Assembly: GCA_963739455.1 (NCBI GenBank)
Contig: CAVUAK010000001.1
Span: 2,176,001 to 2,240,000 of the forward strand
DNA: 64,000 bases
From: an uncultured Gemmatimonadales bacterium
GTDB lineage: Bacteria > Gemmatimonadota > Gemmatimonadetes > Gemmatimonadales > GWC2-71-9
Direction: 5' to 3'
Below the pieces are notes generated by a model. That model did not search any database and had not been told where the DNA came from. It was given only the letters and a program-made list of their open reading frames with translations. Every line of letters begins with the position of its first letter. The stretch's first letter is position 1. This document shows, in pieces, positions 1 to 10,963 of the stretch. Both the position numbers and the translations under genes were made by a program.

Positions 1-215
1 CCAATGGCCACCACGCGCCCATCGGCCGCGATGACGGTCTGGTGTTCCAGCAGGCCGGGTTGGTCCATGGTGAGTACGGAGACATCGGTTATTGCGGTGA
101 CTGCAGATCGAGCTGGAGTGAGTACCAGCAACAGGGCGGCAGGCAGCAGGCGACAGGCAACAACCGGCAAGCGGCAAGCGGCAAGCAGCGCAGGAGGAAG
201 AGGCATCGCTCCCAT
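1..215 (-). CDS. Amidohydrolase-family protein, N-terminal part (runs off window start)
   Basis: Not in the ORF track. Manual translation: MGAMPLPPALLAACRLPVVACRLLPAALLLVLTPARSAVTAITDVSVLTMDQPGLLEHQTVIAADGRVVAIG. This is a signal-peptide-like segment followed by the typical amidohydrolase N-terminal beta-sandwich. Start is 215 or 206. Confidence 0.7.
   Translation of the reverse strand, partial: MGAMPLPPALLAACRLPVVACRLLPAALLLVLTPARSAVTAITDVSVLTMDQPGLLEHQTVIAADGRVVAI
135..190. repeat. Degenerate heptamer tandem repeat ([GA]GC[GA]GCA-like, about 8 copies)
   Basis: ggcggca ggcagca ggcgaca ggcaaca accggca agcggca agcggca agcagcg. Confidence 0.85.
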
Positions 216-240
216 ACGGCCACCGAACCTGATTCGTTCC

Positions 241-285
241 CGACTGCCTGCTGCTTGACCTCCTGTCGCCTGACTTCCTGCCGCC
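241..285 (-). repeat. 15-bp tandem repeat GGCGGCAGGAAGTCA, about 3 degenerate copies
   Basis: Reverse complement reads ggcggcaggaagtca ggcgacaggaggtca agcagcaggcagtcg. The same unit occurs at 41303-41353. Confidence 0.8.
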
Positions 286-333
286 CACCAAGCCGTCTAT
301 CTTCGCGCCCGTAACCTATCTCGCGAGAGTCCC

Positions 334-1521
334 GTGCCTGATGCCACCACGCCGGTCATCGTTGCCGCCTGCCGTACTCCGATTGGCAAGTATCTTGGCG
401 GCCTGGAAGCACTTAAGGCCCCTCAGCTGGGTGCCATCGCCATCCGTGAGGCGGTCCGCCGCGCCGGCGTCGACACCGCGCTGATCGACGAGGTCATCAT
501 GGGCCATGTTGTCCAGGGAGGTACGGGACAGGCGCCGGGCCGTCAGGCAGCCATCGGGGCGGGTGTTCCCGGCACGGTACCGGCCCTCACGATCAACAAG
601 GTGTGCGGCTCGGGCCTCAAGGCGGTGATGCTCGCGGCCCAGTCGATCAAGGCCGGGGACAACGCGTGCGTGATCGCGGGCGGGCAGGAATCGATGTCGA
701 CAGCGCCCCACTATGTGTATGGGATGCGAAGCGGTATCAAGGCCGGCAACCAGACGATGGTCGACGGGATGATCCACGACGGCTTATGGGACTCCTTCGG
801 CAACAACCATATGGGCGAGTACGCCGAGTACACCGCGACCAAGGCGGGCATCAGCCGGAAGGACCAGGACGAGTTCGCCTTCCAGAGCCATCGCAAGGCG
901 GTTGCGGCACAGGAAGCGGGGGCGTTCGACCGCGAAATCGTGACGGTTGAAATTCCAGGCCGAGGCGGCCCGACTTTGGTGAGCAAGGATGAGAGCCCGC
1001 GGAAGGACACGAGCCTCGAGGCGCTCGCCAAGCTCAAGCCGGCGTTCGTGAAGGAGGGCACAGTGACGGCCGGCAACGCACCGGGCCTGAACGATGGTGC
1101 CAGCGCACTCGTGGTGACGAGCCTGGCCTTCGCCAAGGCGCACGGGCTCACGCCGCTCGCGAGGATCACGGCGTACGCGACCGGCGGCGGTGAGCCAAAG
1201 GACCTGTTCTTCGCGCCGATCCTGGCGGTGCAGAACCTGATGAAGAAGGCCGGTACCACGATCGACGCCTACGACCTGATCGAGGCGAACGAGGCGTTCG
1301 CCGTGCAGGCGCTGGCCAACGGTCGCGCGCTCGGCTGGGACTGGAATCGAGTCAACGTCAGTGGTGGGGCGATTGCCCTGGGTCACCCGATCGGCGCGAG
1401 CGGCGCGCGCGTGCTGACAACCCTCCTCTATGGCATGCAGGCCCGGAAGGCGAAGACCGGCCTCGCGACACTCTGTCTCGGCGGCGGCAATGCCGTGGCG
1501 CTGAGCGTGGAGCTCTCTTGA
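334..1521 (+). CDS. atoB: Acetyl-CoA C-acetyltransferase (thiolase)
   Basis: TINKVCGSG active Cys, NEAFA, GGAIALGHPIGASG, CLGGG. Confidence 0.95.
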   Translation: MPDATTPVIVAACRTPIGKYLGGLEALKAPQLGAIAIREAVRRAGVDTALIDEVIMGHVVQGGTGQAPGRQAAIGAGVPGTVPALTINKVCGSGLKAVMLAAQSIKAGDNACVIAGGQESMSTAPHYVYGMRSGIKAGNQTMVDGMIHDGLWDSFGNNHMGEYAEYTATKAGISRKDQDEFAFQSHRKAVAAQEAGAFDREIVTVEIPGRGGPTLVSKDESPRKDTSLEALAKLKPAFVKEGTVTAGNAPGLNDGASALVVTSLAFAKAHGLTPLARITAYATGGGEPKDLFFAPILAVQNLMKKAGTTIDAYDLIEANEAFAVQALANGRALGWDWNRVNVSGGAIALGHPIGASGARVLTTLLYGMQARKAKTGLATLCLGGGNAVALSVELS

Positions 1522-2375
1522 TCGAGTGGCGCCCGAAACTCCGGGCGGTCGGCTGGGTCATCCTCTATCTCGGCGCCGGGCTGCTCCTGGTCGCGACGCC
1601 GTTCATGCTGTACCTCCGCTTCTCGGCGGCACCGAACCCGGCGGCGGTTGGCGGTGGCCCGACGGGACTGCTGCTCCAGAGCGTCGTGCTCGTGTCCGTA
1701 TTTGCGCTGCTCACATGGCTCATTGGTCACCGGATCCTCCGGCTGACGCCAGCCGAGCTCGGATGGGTGCCGACGGGACAAGCGCGTGGCTTCGCGTCGG
1801 GCCTGGGGGGTGCTGCCATCCTCGCACTCGGCTCGCTGCTCATTGCGGCTGGTGCCGGCGGCGCGCGGTGGCTGCCAGACACCGGCGGCGTCATCGACTA
1901 CCTGCGCAGCGTCGGGCTCACGTCGGCCGTGCTGGCACCGGCGGCCCTGGCGGAGGAACTGATCTTCCGGGGACTGCCACTGGTGCTGCTGGCGTCGGCG
2001 TTCGGCCGGGGCAGGGCCATCCTCATCATGGCTGTGGTCTTCGGCATCGCGCATGGCCTCAATCCGGAGGTCACCCCGCTCGCGATCGGTAACGTCGCGC
2101 TGGCAGGCGTGTTCCTCGGCCTGGCGTTCTTTGCACCGGGCGGGATCTGGACGGCGTGGGGCGCACATCTCGGATGGAATGCCATGCTTGCCGCGCTGGA
2201 CGCGCCGGTGAGTGGCCTCCCGTTCCGCATTCCCCTGATCAATTTCGACCCGGGCACGATCTCCTGGCTCACTGGCGGCAGCTTCGGGCCGGAGGGCGGG
2301 GTCGCCGCTACCATCGTGCTCTGCATCGGCTGTGTGGCGCTGGCGCGCTTCGTGAGAAAGGACGTGGCGGCATGA
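1518..2375 (+). CDS. CPBP (CAAX protease-like) intramembrane metalloprotease
   Basis: EELIFRG, FGIAH and HLGWN motifs; multiple TM segments; overlaps both neighbours by 4 nt. Confidence 0.9.
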   Translation: MIEWRPKLRAVGWVILYLGAGLLLVATPFMLYLRFSAAPNPAAVGGGPTGLLLQSVVLVSVFALLTWLIGHRILRLTPAELGWVPTGQARGFASGLGGAAILALGSLLIAAGAGGARWLPDTGGVIDYLRSVGLTSAVLAPAALAEELIFRGLPLVLLASAFGRGRAILIMAVVFGIAHGLNPEVTPLAIGNVALAGVFLGLAFFAPGGIWTAWGAHLGWNAMLAALDAPVSGLPFRIPLINFDPGTISWLTGGSFGPEGGVAATIVLCIGCVALARFVRKDVAA

Positions 2376-3238
2376 AGCAGGCTGCAGTCGTGGGCGGCGG
2401 CACGATGGGCAATGGCATCGCGCATGTCTTCGCGCTGAACGGCTGGTCGGTGACGCTGATCGACGCGGCGCCTGCCGCGCTGGAGAAGGCGCTCAAGACC
2501 ATTCGCGCGAACCTGGAGCGTCAGGCGAAGAAGGGCACGATTCCGCCGGAGGCGGTGGAGCAGTCGCTCGCCCGTATTCGCACGGCGGGAGACGCACAGG
2601 CGGCCGCCGGTGCGGACATCGCGGTGGAAGCGGTGAGCGAGAACCCGCAGGTCAAGTTCGCCGTGTTCCAGGCGCTGGACCGGGCGCTCGGGCCCGATGC
2701 GATCCTCGCGTCCAACACCAGCTCGATCTCGATCACGGAACTGGCGGCGAAGACGGGGCGGGCCGACAAGGTGGTGGGGATGCACTTCATGAACCCCGTA
2801 CCGATGATGGAACTGGTCGAGGTGATCCGCGGCCACGCCACGAGTGACGCGACGACGACCGCGGTCATGGAACTGGCGCGCGCGCTGGGCAAGACGCCCG
2901 TGGAGGTGAACGACTACCCGGGGTTCGTGGCCAACCGGGTGCTGATGCCGATGATCAACGAGGCGATCTTCTGCGTCATGGAAGGCGTGGCGACCCCGGA
3001 AGCAATCGACACCGTCATGAAGCTGGGAATGGCGCACCCGATGGGTCCGCTTGCCCTGGCAGACTTCATCGGGCTCGACGTGTGCCTGGCCATTCTCGAG
3101 GTGCTGCATCGCGGGCTGGGCGACGACAAGTACCGCCCCTGTCCGCTGCTGAGGCGCATGGTGGCCGCGGGGGACCTGGGCAAGAAGAGTGGAAGAGGAT
3201 TCTATGGCTATCAGTCGGCAGTCGGCAGTCGGCAGTGA
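2372..3238 (+). CDS. hbd: 3-hydroxybutyryl-CoA dehydrogenase
   Basis: Start at [38 protein letters not shown]. Confidence 0.95.
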   Translation: MKQAAVVGGGTMGNGIAHVFALNGWSVTLIDAAPAALEKALKTIRANLERQAKKGTIPPEAVEQSLARIRTAGDAQAAAGADIAVEAVSENPQVKFAVFQALDRALGPDAILASNTSSISITELAAKTGRADKVVGMHFMNPVPMMELVEVIRGHATSDATTTAVMELARALGKTPVEVNDYPGFVANRVLMPMINEAIFCVMEGVATPEAIDTVMKLGMAHPMGPLALADFIGLDVCLAILEVLHRGLGDDKYRPCPLLRRMVAAGDLGKKSGRGFYGYQSAVGSRQ

Positions 3239-3306
3239 GTCGACAGCCGCGCCAGGTGACTGACGAGTGACCACTTTCTGACGACTCACGACTGACGACT
3301 GACGAC
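3212..3306. repeat. Inverted heptamer arrays: (CAGTCGG)3 ... (CTGACGA)4
   Basis: cagtcgg x3 at 3212-3232, encoding the hbd C-terminus QSAVGSRQ; ctgacga/ctcacga x4 at 3278-3305; the arms are roughly complementary. Confidence 0.85.
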
Positions 3307-3312
3307 CAACAC

Positions 3313-4371
3313 ATGGCTTCCTTCGATCTTCTCAACGAGTTCGCCCACGAGCAACTCGTCATTTCCCAGGATCCCGGCGCGAACTACGTCGGGATCGTGG
3401 CCATCCACGACACGACGCTTGGGCCGGCGCTCGGCGGCACCCGGCTCTGGAACTACGACAAGCTCGAGGATGCACTGGTGGATGCGCTGCGCCTCGCGCG
3501 CGGCATGACCTACAAGTCGGCGGTGGCGGGACTACCACTGGGCGGCGGCAAGTCGGTCATCATCGGCGATCCCGCGAGGCGCGACCGTGAAGCCTGCTTC
3601 AGGGCGCATGGTCGGTACGTCGACACGCTGGGCGGTCGCTACATCACCGCGGCGGACGTCGGCACCAGTTCCTCCGACATGGAGATCATTCACCTGGAGA
3701 CCGAGCATGTGGCGGGTCTGCCGGGGCGTTCGGGCGACCCGTCGCCGGTGACGGGGTATGGCGTCTACATGGCAATGAAGGCGGCAGCGAAGGTGCGCTG
3801 GGGCAAGGACAGCCTCGCGGGCCGGCGGGTGGCGGTGCAGGGAGCGGGCAAGGTGGCGCAGCATCTCGCGCGCCACCTGCACGAGGAAGGGGCGAAGCTC
3901 CTCGTTGCCGACATCGACGATGCCAAGGTGCAGCGCTTCGTCACCGAGTTCGGCGCCGCAGCCGTTGCGCCGGACGCGATCTACGATGCGGCGGCGGAGA
4001 TCTACGCTCCCTGCGCGCTCGGAGCGACGCTCAACGACCAGACGATCCCGCGGCTGAAGGTCGAGATCGTGTGCGGTGGGGCCAACAACCAGCTGGCCGA
4101 GCCGCGGCATGCGGCGGCGGTGGAGAAGCGCGGCATCTTCTACGCACCAGATTACGTGGCCAACGGCGGTGGCGTCATCAACATCTGCCGGGAGATCGAG
4201 GGCTGGTCGGAAGAGCGGGCGCTGCAGAAGGCGGCCGAGATCTACGACACGGTGCAGCGCGTGGTGGAAGTGGCGCAGCGGGAGAAGCTCACGACCGCCG
4301 AGGCGGCCGACCGGCTGGCAGAGGAGCGGTTGAACGCCGTGAGGGCGCTGCGGGAGGTTCGCCGACGGTAG
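3313..4371 (+). CDS. ldh: Leucine/valine (Glu/Leu/Phe/Val family) dehydrogenase
   Basis: HDTTLGPALGGTR, GMTYK, GGGKSVI, GGANNQL, PDYVANGGG. Confidence 0.93.
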   Translation: MASFDLLNEFAHEQLVISQDPGANYVGIVAIHDTTLGPALGGTRLWNYDKLEDALVDALRLARGMTYKSAVAGLPLGGGKSVIIGDPARRDREACFRAHGRYVDTLGGRYITAADVGTSSSDMEIIHLETEHVAGLPGRSGDPSPVTGYGVYMAMKAAAKVRWGKDSLAGRRVAVQGAGKVAQHLARHLHEEGAKLLVADIDDAKVQRFVTEFGAAAVAPDAIYDAAAEIYAPCALGATLNDQTIPRLKVEIVCGGANNQLAEPRHAAAVEKRGIFYAPDYVANGGGVINICREIEGWSEERALQKAAEIYDTVQRVVEVAQREKLTTAEAADRLAEERLNAVRALREVRRR

Positions 4372-4432
4372 AAGGATGCAGGCACGGGCGGTAGTGCCTT
4401 TACGCTTCCTACCGCCTCCCATACATTGGTCC

Positions 4433-4885
4433 ATGGCCGAACGCATTCCGATAGGCTCGGACCATGCCGGGTTCGCGCTCAAGCAGGAACTGATCAGCGA
4501 ACTCCGCGCCGAGGGGTATGAACCCGACGACCTCGGGACATACTCCACCGAGTCCACCGACTATCCAGACTTTGCGCACGCAGTCGCTTCCCAGGTTGAG
4601 CACGGGGAAGTGACTCGCGGAATCCTGTTGTGCGGTACCGGGCTTGGCATGGCCTACGCGGCGAACCGGCATCCGGGTGTGCGCGCGGCGGTGGCCTGGT
4701 CGGCCGAAGTGGCGGAACTCGCCCGGTCGCACAATGACGCTAATGTTCTCGTGCTGCCGGCACGATTCGTCAACGAGCAAGAGGGAGTGTCCATTCTCCG
4801 CGCGTGGCTCAAGACTCCCTTCGAGGGAGGCCGTCACGCCCGGCGCGTCGCGAAGATCGAACAGGAGCCCAAGTCGAATGCTTGA
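4433..4885 (+). CDS. rpiB: Ribose-5-phosphate isomerase B
   Basis: [29 protein letters not shown]. Confidence 0.95.
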   Translation: MAERIPIGSDHAGFALKQELISELRAEGYEPDDLGTYSTESTDYPDFAHAVASQVEHGEVTRGILLCGTGLGMAYAANRHPGVRAAVAWSAEVAELARSHNDANVLVLPARFVNEQEGVSILRAWLKTPFEGGRHARRVAKIEQEPKSNA

Positions 4886-6158
4886 CCACAACGCCCCACT
4901 CCGTGACGCCGATCCCGTCGTCGCGCGCCTCATCGACAAGGAGCTGCGCCGGCAGCAGCACGGCCTCGAGCTCATCGCGAGCGAAAACTTCGCGAGCCGC
5001 GCAGTCATCGACGCCATGGGCACGCCACTCACCAACAAGTACGCCGAGGGGTACCCGGGGAAGCGGTACTACGGCGGTTGTGAGGTGGTGGACCAGGTCG
5101 AGCAGCTCGCCATCGACCGGCTGAAGCAGCTCTTCGGGGCGGCGCATGCCAACGTGCAGCCGCACTCCGGCGCCCAGGCGAACTTCGCGGCGTTCATGGT
5201 GCTCCTGCCGCCGGGCGGCAAGCTGATGGGCATGTCGCTGCCGCATGGCGGGCACCTGTCGCATGGCGCGGCGGTCAACCACAGCGGGCGTATCTGGCAG
5301 GCGGTGCACTACGGGGTCGATCCCTCCACGGGTCGCATCGACTACGACCAGCTCCGTGACCTGGCGCTGCGCGAGCGGCCCACGCTGCTCGTGGCTGGCG
5401 GCAGCGCCTACGCCCGTATCATCGACTTTGCCGCCTTCCGCTCCATTGCCGACGAGATCGGTGCCAAGTTCCTGGTGGACATGGCCCATTTCGCCGGGCT
5501 CGTCGCGTCGGGCCTGTATCCGTCGCCGGTGCCGCATGCGCACGTCGTCACCAGCACCACGCACAAGACGCTGCGCGGCCCGCGGGCCGGGCTCATCCTG
5601 TCGATCGCCGAGCTCGCCAAGGACATCGACAAGTCGGTATTCCCGGGTACACAGGGCGGTCCGCTCGAGCATGTCATCGCCGCCAAGGCAGTGGCGTTCG
5701 GCGAGGCGCTCACCGAGGACTTCCGCGACTATTCGCGACAGGTCATCGACAACGCGAAGGTGCTCGCCGATTCACTGGTGGAGCGCGGGTTTGCGATCGT
5801 CTCCGGTGGAACCGACACGCACCTCATGCTGGTGGATCTCCGTCCCAAGGGCCTGACCGGCAAGGAAGCGGAGAAGCTGCTGGGCAAGGCAGATATCACG
5901 GTGAACAAGAACACCATCCCCGATGATCCGCAGTCGCCGTTCGTCACCAGCGGCATTCGCCTCGGCACACCGGCGCTCACCACCCGCGGCATGGGCACCG
6001 CCGAAATGCGGCGCATCGCGGACCTCATCGACCAGGCGCTGACACAGCGGGACGATGACACCCTCGCCCGCATCGCCGGCGAAGTGCGTGAGATGACCAA
6101 GTCGTTCCCGCTGTACCCGCCGGTGGCGAGCCGCCACCGCGTGCTGCAGACGGCATAG
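4878..6158 (+). CDS. glyA: Serine hydroxymethyltransferase
   Basis: [39 protein letters not shown]. Confidence 0.97.
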   Translation: MLDHNAPLRDADPVVARLIDKELRRQQHGLELIASENFASRAVIDAMGTPLTNKYAEGYPGKRYYGGCEVVDQVEQLAIDRLKQLFGAAHANVQPHSGAQANFAAFMVLLPPGGKLMGMSLPHGGHLSHGAAVNHSGRIWQAVHYGVDPSTGRIDYDQLRDLALRERPTLLVAGGSAYARIIDFAAFRSIADEIGAKFLVDMAHFAGLVASGLYPSPVPHAHVVTSTTHKTLRGPRAGLILSIAELAKDIDKSVFPGTQGGPLEHVIAAKAVAFGEALTEDFRDYSRQVIDNAKVLADSLVERGFAIVSGGTDTHLMLVDLRPKGLTGKEAEKLLGKADITVNKNTIPDDPQSPFVTSGIRLGTPALTTRGMGTAEMRRIADLIDQALTQRDDDTLARIAGEVREMTKSFPLYPPVASRHRVLQTA

Positions 6159-6170
6159 ACGGGCGACCCG

Positions 6171-6560
6171 ATGACCGAGCTGCAGTTCGCCGACGACATC
6201 CTCGCCCGGATCCGGGCGAAGGGTGGGGCCTTCGACGAGCGCGGCTACCTGTTTGTGCTGGCAAGCATCGAGTTCGTGCAGTCGCGCCTCGCGGTGCGGC
6301 GGCACATCAGCGGCCCCGAGCTCGCCTGGGCGTGCCGCGACCTGGCGCGGGAGCGCTTCGGGCTGCTGGCCCGCCCGGTCCTGGCGCACTGGGGCCTAAC
6401 CCGCACCGAGGACTTCGGCCGGATCGTCTATACCCTGGTCGAGATCGGCTTGCTGGTGACACTTCCCGGCGACAGCGAGGAGGACTTTCGCGACGTCTTC
6501 GAGTTCGAGTCGGCGTTCGATGAATCGTATGCGTGGGAGGGTGTGAAGACCAGGACGTGA
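6171..6560 (+). CDS. Minf_1886-like conserved hypothetical protein
   Basis: HISGPEL...FGLLA..VL..WG..TEDFG.IVY.LVE.GLL pattern recalled for this family. Confidence 0.75.
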   Translation: MTELQFADDILARIRAKGGAFDERGYLFVLASIEFVQSRLAVRRHISGPELAWACRDLARERFGLLARPVLAHWGLTRTEDFGRIVYTLVEIGLLVTLPGDSEEDFRDVFEFESAFDESYAWEGVKTRT

Positions 6561-6576
6561 GGACGTGAGGACGTGA
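6552..6576. repeat. Octamer tandem repeat (GAGGACGT) x3
   Basis: aggacgtgaggacgtgaggacgtga across the stop codon. Confidence 0.8.
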
Positions 6577-6608
6577 AGTTCTCAGGCACGGCAGGATCGG
6601 AGGGACCC

Positions 6609-6803
6609 ATGGACACACGTGACTGGCCCGAGTGCCTCAAGTGCAACGCAGGATCGCTGATTCCCCTCTCCGACTACGGCCGCGACGGCGCGCCGATTAC
6701 CTACAAAGCCTGGGTCTGCACCAACCCCGATTGCGGATTCAACCTCCGCATCGACAACGGGGAAATTTCGTTTGGCCGCGTAATAGGCCAGAGTCACAAG
6801 TGA
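6609..6803 (+). CDS. Small zinc-ribbon-like protein (64 aa)
   Basis: CLKC ... WVCTNPDC; GGAGGG Shine-Dalgarno-like sequence before ATG 6609. Confidence 0.75.
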   Translation: MDTRDWPECLKCNAGSLIPLSDYGRDGAPITYKAWVCTNPDCGFNLRIDNGEISFGRVIGQSHK

Positions 6804-6863
6804 GGTGAGGGGTGAGGGGTAAGGGGGCGATCGGATCGACGCCCTCACCCCTCACCCTTCACC
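6804..6863. repeat. Inverted heptamer hairpin: (GGTGAGG)3 ... (CCCTCAC)3
   Basis: ggtgagg ggtgagg ggtaagg, spacer, then ccctcac ccctcac ccttcac. Confidence 0.85.
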
Positions 6864-6872
6864 ATCCTCTCA

Positions 6873-8426
6873 ATGCCCTTGCTTCCGGTCTTGTCCCCTT
6901 CTCAGTCCGCTGCCTGGGATGCCCGCGCCGAGCGGGCCGGCATCGCGCTTGGCACACTCATGGAATCGGCGGGGCGCGCGGCGGCGGCGGTGCTGCTGCG
7001 CGAGTTCCCCCACGCGGCAAGGCAGGGCGTGCTGGTCGCGGCCGGCACCGGGCACAATGGTGGTGACGGCTGGGTGCTGGCGCGCGCGCTGCACCGGCTG
7101 GATGTGCCGGTCTGGGTGGCGTCGCTCACGGGTGAACCGGCGCCGCTCACTGCCCGCGTTGCCGCGCTCGCGCGCGCGGAGGGCGTGCGCGAAGTCGCTC
7201 CCGACGGACCGTGGCCCACGCTGGGACTCGTGGTCGATGCCATCCTCGGTACGGGCGCCAGTGGCGCGCCGCGAGCCGCTGCCGCGGCATTGCTCGAGCG
7301 CCTGCTGGACCTCAACCTTGCCGTGCTCGCCATTGACGGACCAACCGGGCTCGACCTTGGCACCGGCGTGGTACACGGCATCACCCGCGCCGACGTGACG
7401 GTGACCTTCGGCGGGTTCCGGCGCGGCCACCTGCTGGCGCGCGACGAGGTGGGTGACCTGGTGGTGGCGGACATCGGACATCCACCGGCCGAGGCGGGGC
7501 CGCCACTCTTTGTCACCGATGCCTTTGCCGCGGCGCGTTTGCCCGCGCTGCACGCCTCCGACCACAAGGGCGAGCGCGGCCGTGTCGTGGTGCTCGGTGG
7601 TGATGCTGGAATGAGTGGCGCGGCGCGACTCGCGGGGCGCGCGGCGTTCGCTGCCGGTGCCGGACTGGTGCACGTGGTGTCGGGAGCGGACACGATCGCT
7701 GCCATTCGTGCCGCGGAGCCCGACCTGCAGACGCTCATGCACCCCTTGTCCGGTGATGTGGGCGACGAGCTGAAGGGGCTGCTGGAGCGTGCCCATGCGG
7801 TGGTGATCGGGCCAGGCCTCGGTCGCGGCGAGGGCAAGGCGGCGTTCGTGCTTGCCTGTCTCGCGCTGGCGAAGCGCGCGGTGATCGATGCCGATGCGCT
7901 CGTCGCGTTGCAGGGCAGGGTGCCGGACCTGGTACGCCTCGCCGCGCAGAGGGGCATCGTGCTCACGCCCCATGCGGGCGAGTTCCGCACGCTGTTCCCG
8001 GCACTGGCGTCGGAGCGGGACATGGATCCCTGGGGCGCTGCAGAGCATGCGGCGGAGCAGTGCGGCGCCACCATGCTGCTGAAAGGGGTTCCCACGGCGA
8101 TTGCGCGCAGTGGCCGCCCGCCGCTTACCGTGGCGGCGGGGAACCCTGGCCTCGCCACCGGCGGAAGCGGCGATGTCCTCAGCGGCATTCTCGGCGCGCT
8201 GCTCGCTCGCGACATCGAGACCGAGGTAGCGGCTGCGGTGGCGGCCCAGGCACTGGGGCGAGCCGCCGATCTTGCGGCGCGCCGTGTCACCGCCCGCGGA
8301 ATGAGGCCCATGGACGTGATCGGAGCCTTGCCCGACTTGTGGCGCGAGTGGGACGTGATGCTCCGCACCGGCAGCACGGCAGAATCGCCGGTGCTGCTGC
8401 GCCTGCCCAAGCCGAGACTCGTGTGA
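6873..8426 (+). CDS. nnr: Bifunctional NAD(P)H-hydrate epimerase/dehydratase (YjeF)
   Basis: LMESAG, GHNGGDG, DAILGTG, HKGERG, GPGLG, TPHAGE, GGSGDVLSG. Confidence 0.95.
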   Translation: MPLLPVLSPSQSAAWDARAERAGIALGTLMESAGRAAAAVLLREFPHAARQGVLVAAGTGHNGGDGWVLARALHRLDVPVWVASLTGEPAPLTARVAALARAEGVREVAPDGPWPTLGLVVDAILGTGASGAPRAAAAALLERLLDLNLAVLAIDGPTGLDLGTGVVHGITRADVTVTFGGFRRGHLLARDEVGDLVVADIGHPPAEAGPPLFVTDAFAAARLPALHASDHKGERGRVVVLGGDAGMSGAARLAGRAAFAAGAGLVHVVSGADTIAAIRAAEPDLQTLMHPLSGDVGDELKGLLERAHAVVIGPGLGRGEGKAAFVLACLALAKRAVIDADALVALQGRVPDLVRLAAQRGIVLTPHAGEFRTLFPALASERDMDPWGAAEHAAEQCGATMLLKGVPTAIARSGRPPLTVAAGNPGLATGGSGDVLSGILGALLARDIETEVAAAVAAQALGRAADLAARRVTARGMRPMDVIGALPDLWREWDVMLRTGSTAESPVLLRLPKPRLV

Positions 8427-9998
8427 GGTGTCGAGCGTTCGCGCTGCTCGCCGTGCTGGCGGCCGCGCCACCTGCTCTTCAGGCGCAACGCGCGCGCGAC
8501 TGGCCTCCCGCTGATCGCGTCGTTATTGGCGACTTCAGTGTCGTCCGCGCGGTCGCGTCGGGGATCGACCGGCTCTACGTCGTTGGCAGCACCGGGGTGC
8601 TGATCAATCGCCCGCTCGAGCAGCGGTGGGAGGGACCGTTCAATCCTCCTGGCAATACGCCGCTGGAGCGCGTGCTGCTGGCGCAGGTCGATCCCATCGA
8701 CCAGTCGCTCTGGATGGTGACGGCGAACAGCTGGCTCAACCTGCAGCCGGAACTCCAGCTGTGGTCCGGCGGCACCGTGTCGGGCAACGTGCGCTCGATC
8801 GCCATCGACGAGGCCGACCCCGCGGGCGGCCTTCGCATCAACACGAGCGCCGGGTGGTTCCGGGTGACGAGCGGATCGCCGGTCTCGACCCCATCGAGCG
8901 CACCTGCGCGCCCGCTCCGCCCGTCGACGGTGCAGCAGGCCATCGATGCCAACCCGTCCCTCCGCTCGAACTCCGTCCTCGCCCTGCGTGACGCCCGGGG
9001 TCGCGCCACGACCTTTACCTGCGCAGCGCCGTCCCCCGACAGGATCGGATGGTACCTCGGTACTTCGGGATCGGGACTGCTGTTCATCCGCCCGGGCGAT
9101 GCAGCGCCGGAGCGACAGGCGTTCGGGCTCTCCGGGGACCGGGTCGGCGCCCTGTACTCGTCGCCCGGCGGTATCTGGGTCGCCACCGATCGTACCGAGC
9201 TGTCTGATGCGGCGGTGACATTCCTCTCGAGCGACCTAGTCACCTCGAAGACCCTGGCCGGCGGAGCCACGCTGGGCCTCGGGTATAGCCAGGTGCGCCG
9301 CATGACCGGGATGAATCGCAGCCTCTTCCTGGCCACTGACGTCGGCGTGACCCAGCTGGAGGTCGCATCGGGCCGCACGCGGTTCTTCGGCGCGGGGAGT
9401 TCGATGCCCGACCCCCGCACCAACATGGTGATCGGGCGGACGAGGGACGGTGCTGGTCGGCACCGCACGAGGCCTGTCGCGCATTACCGACTCGTTGAAC
9501 GTCGTTCGCCTCGCACCGGAGTTCCTGGAGCCGGTGCTCGCGCTGGAGACGGAGGGCGACAGCATCTGGATCGGCACTCCCAACGGGCTGCTGCTGTTGC
9601 CGCCGGAGGCGAAACGACCGGGGCGCACACCGGGGCTGGCCAGTTCCGCCTCGTTGCGTGCACCGGTGGTGGCCATAGCCTGGCTGGGCGACACGCTGGT
9701 GGCACTCACGATCGACCAGCTCCTCTGGCGCATGCCGGGTACCGATGAGTGGACGCTGGGGCCGATTCTCTCGCCGATACTCGGCCGACTGCGCGTGTTC
9801 ACCCTGTTCGATGACGGTTTCTTCATTGCGGGCGACCGCGGCCTGGGCTATGCGGGGCTGCGCACGCCGCCCCAGCGACCGCTGCTCGGAGCCGAGCATC
9901 CCGGGTTGATTCGCGACCTCACCGTGGAGGATGGCTACCTCTGGGAAGCGACCGATCGCGGGCTGGTACGCTGGCGCATCGACGCGATCCTGCCATGA
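8423..9998 (+). CDS. Secreted beta-propeller-like hypothetical protein (frameshift near 9440)
   Basis: Signal peptide RAFALLAVLAAAPPALQAQ; recurring IWVAT / LFLATDVGV / IWIGTPNGL / LWEATDRGL blades; continues in ORF 9450-9998. Confidence 0.7.
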
Positions 9999-10963
9999 CC
10001 CACCTCCCCCTTGGACCCGGTCGCGAGTTCGAGCGCATCCGCGCCATCGAGGCGGCGCTGGGCGGCAAGGCCTCGGCCCTGGGCGACGATTGCGCGCTGA
10101 TCCCCTTCGACAACGGGGACATGCTGGCGCTGAGCACCGACACGAGCCTCGAGGGCACGCACTTCCGGCGCGACTGGCTCACGCCCGATGAGATCGGCTG
10201 GCGTGCCGCCGCATCGGCGCTTTCCGACCTCGCCGCCGAGGGCGCCGAGGTGATCGGCCTGCTCGCGGCGCTGACGCTGCCGGGCGACATCACCGACGCA
10301 ATGGTCACGGCGATGATGAGCGGCATCGGCGCGTGCGTGAGCGAGGTGGGCGGCAAGGTGCTGGGCGGCGACCTGACGCGGGGGACGTCGCTCTCGCTGA
10401 CGGTGACGGTGGTGGGTCGCGCGCCACGCGCGGTGACGCGTCGCGGCGCCAGGCCGGGAGACGGGATCTGGGTGACCGGAACGCTCGGGAAGCGCGCGGG
10501 CCGCGCTCACCGCCTGGGATTCCGGTCGCGAACCGCGTCCCACGACGCGGATCGCCTTCGCGCGCCCGCTGCCGCGCATTGCCGCGGGCCGGTTCCTGGC
10601 GGACGTGGGCGCCACGGCGATGCTCGACCTGAGCGATGGCCTCGCCGGTGATGCGCGTCACCTCGCTGCGGCGTCGGGTGTGGCGCTCGACATCGATCTC
10701 GCGAAGCTGCCGATCGGTGCCGGGGTCTCCGAAGCGGCGTCGGCGCTCAACGTGTCAGCGGCGGCGTTCGCCGGCGGAAGGTGGCGAGGACTATGAACTG
10801 CTCGCGACGCTTGCCGCCGCGGGTCGCGGCAAAGCTCAAGCGTGGCGCCACCGAGGTGGGAGTACCATTCACCCTCATCGGCAGCGTGCAGGCGGGGGAG
10901 GGTGTCAGGCTGCACCTCGATGGCGCGGAGGTCTCGATCGCGGGCTACGATCACTTTCGATGA
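9995..10963 (+). CDS. thiL: Thiamine-monophosphate kinase (about 3 frameshifts)
   Basis: LGDDCA, SDLAAEGA, GGDL, DLSDGLAGD, GGEDYELL and GYDHF, spread over several frames. Confidence 0.9.

Noticed and set aside
334..4371. RiPP-type cluster suggested by the CPBP protease
   Set aside because: No precursor peptide or modifying enzymes. The flanking genes are ordinary acyl-CoA and amino-acid catabolism.
135..6863. CRISPR array
   Set aside because: The repeats are 7-15-bp tandem units without unique spacers, and there are no cas genes.
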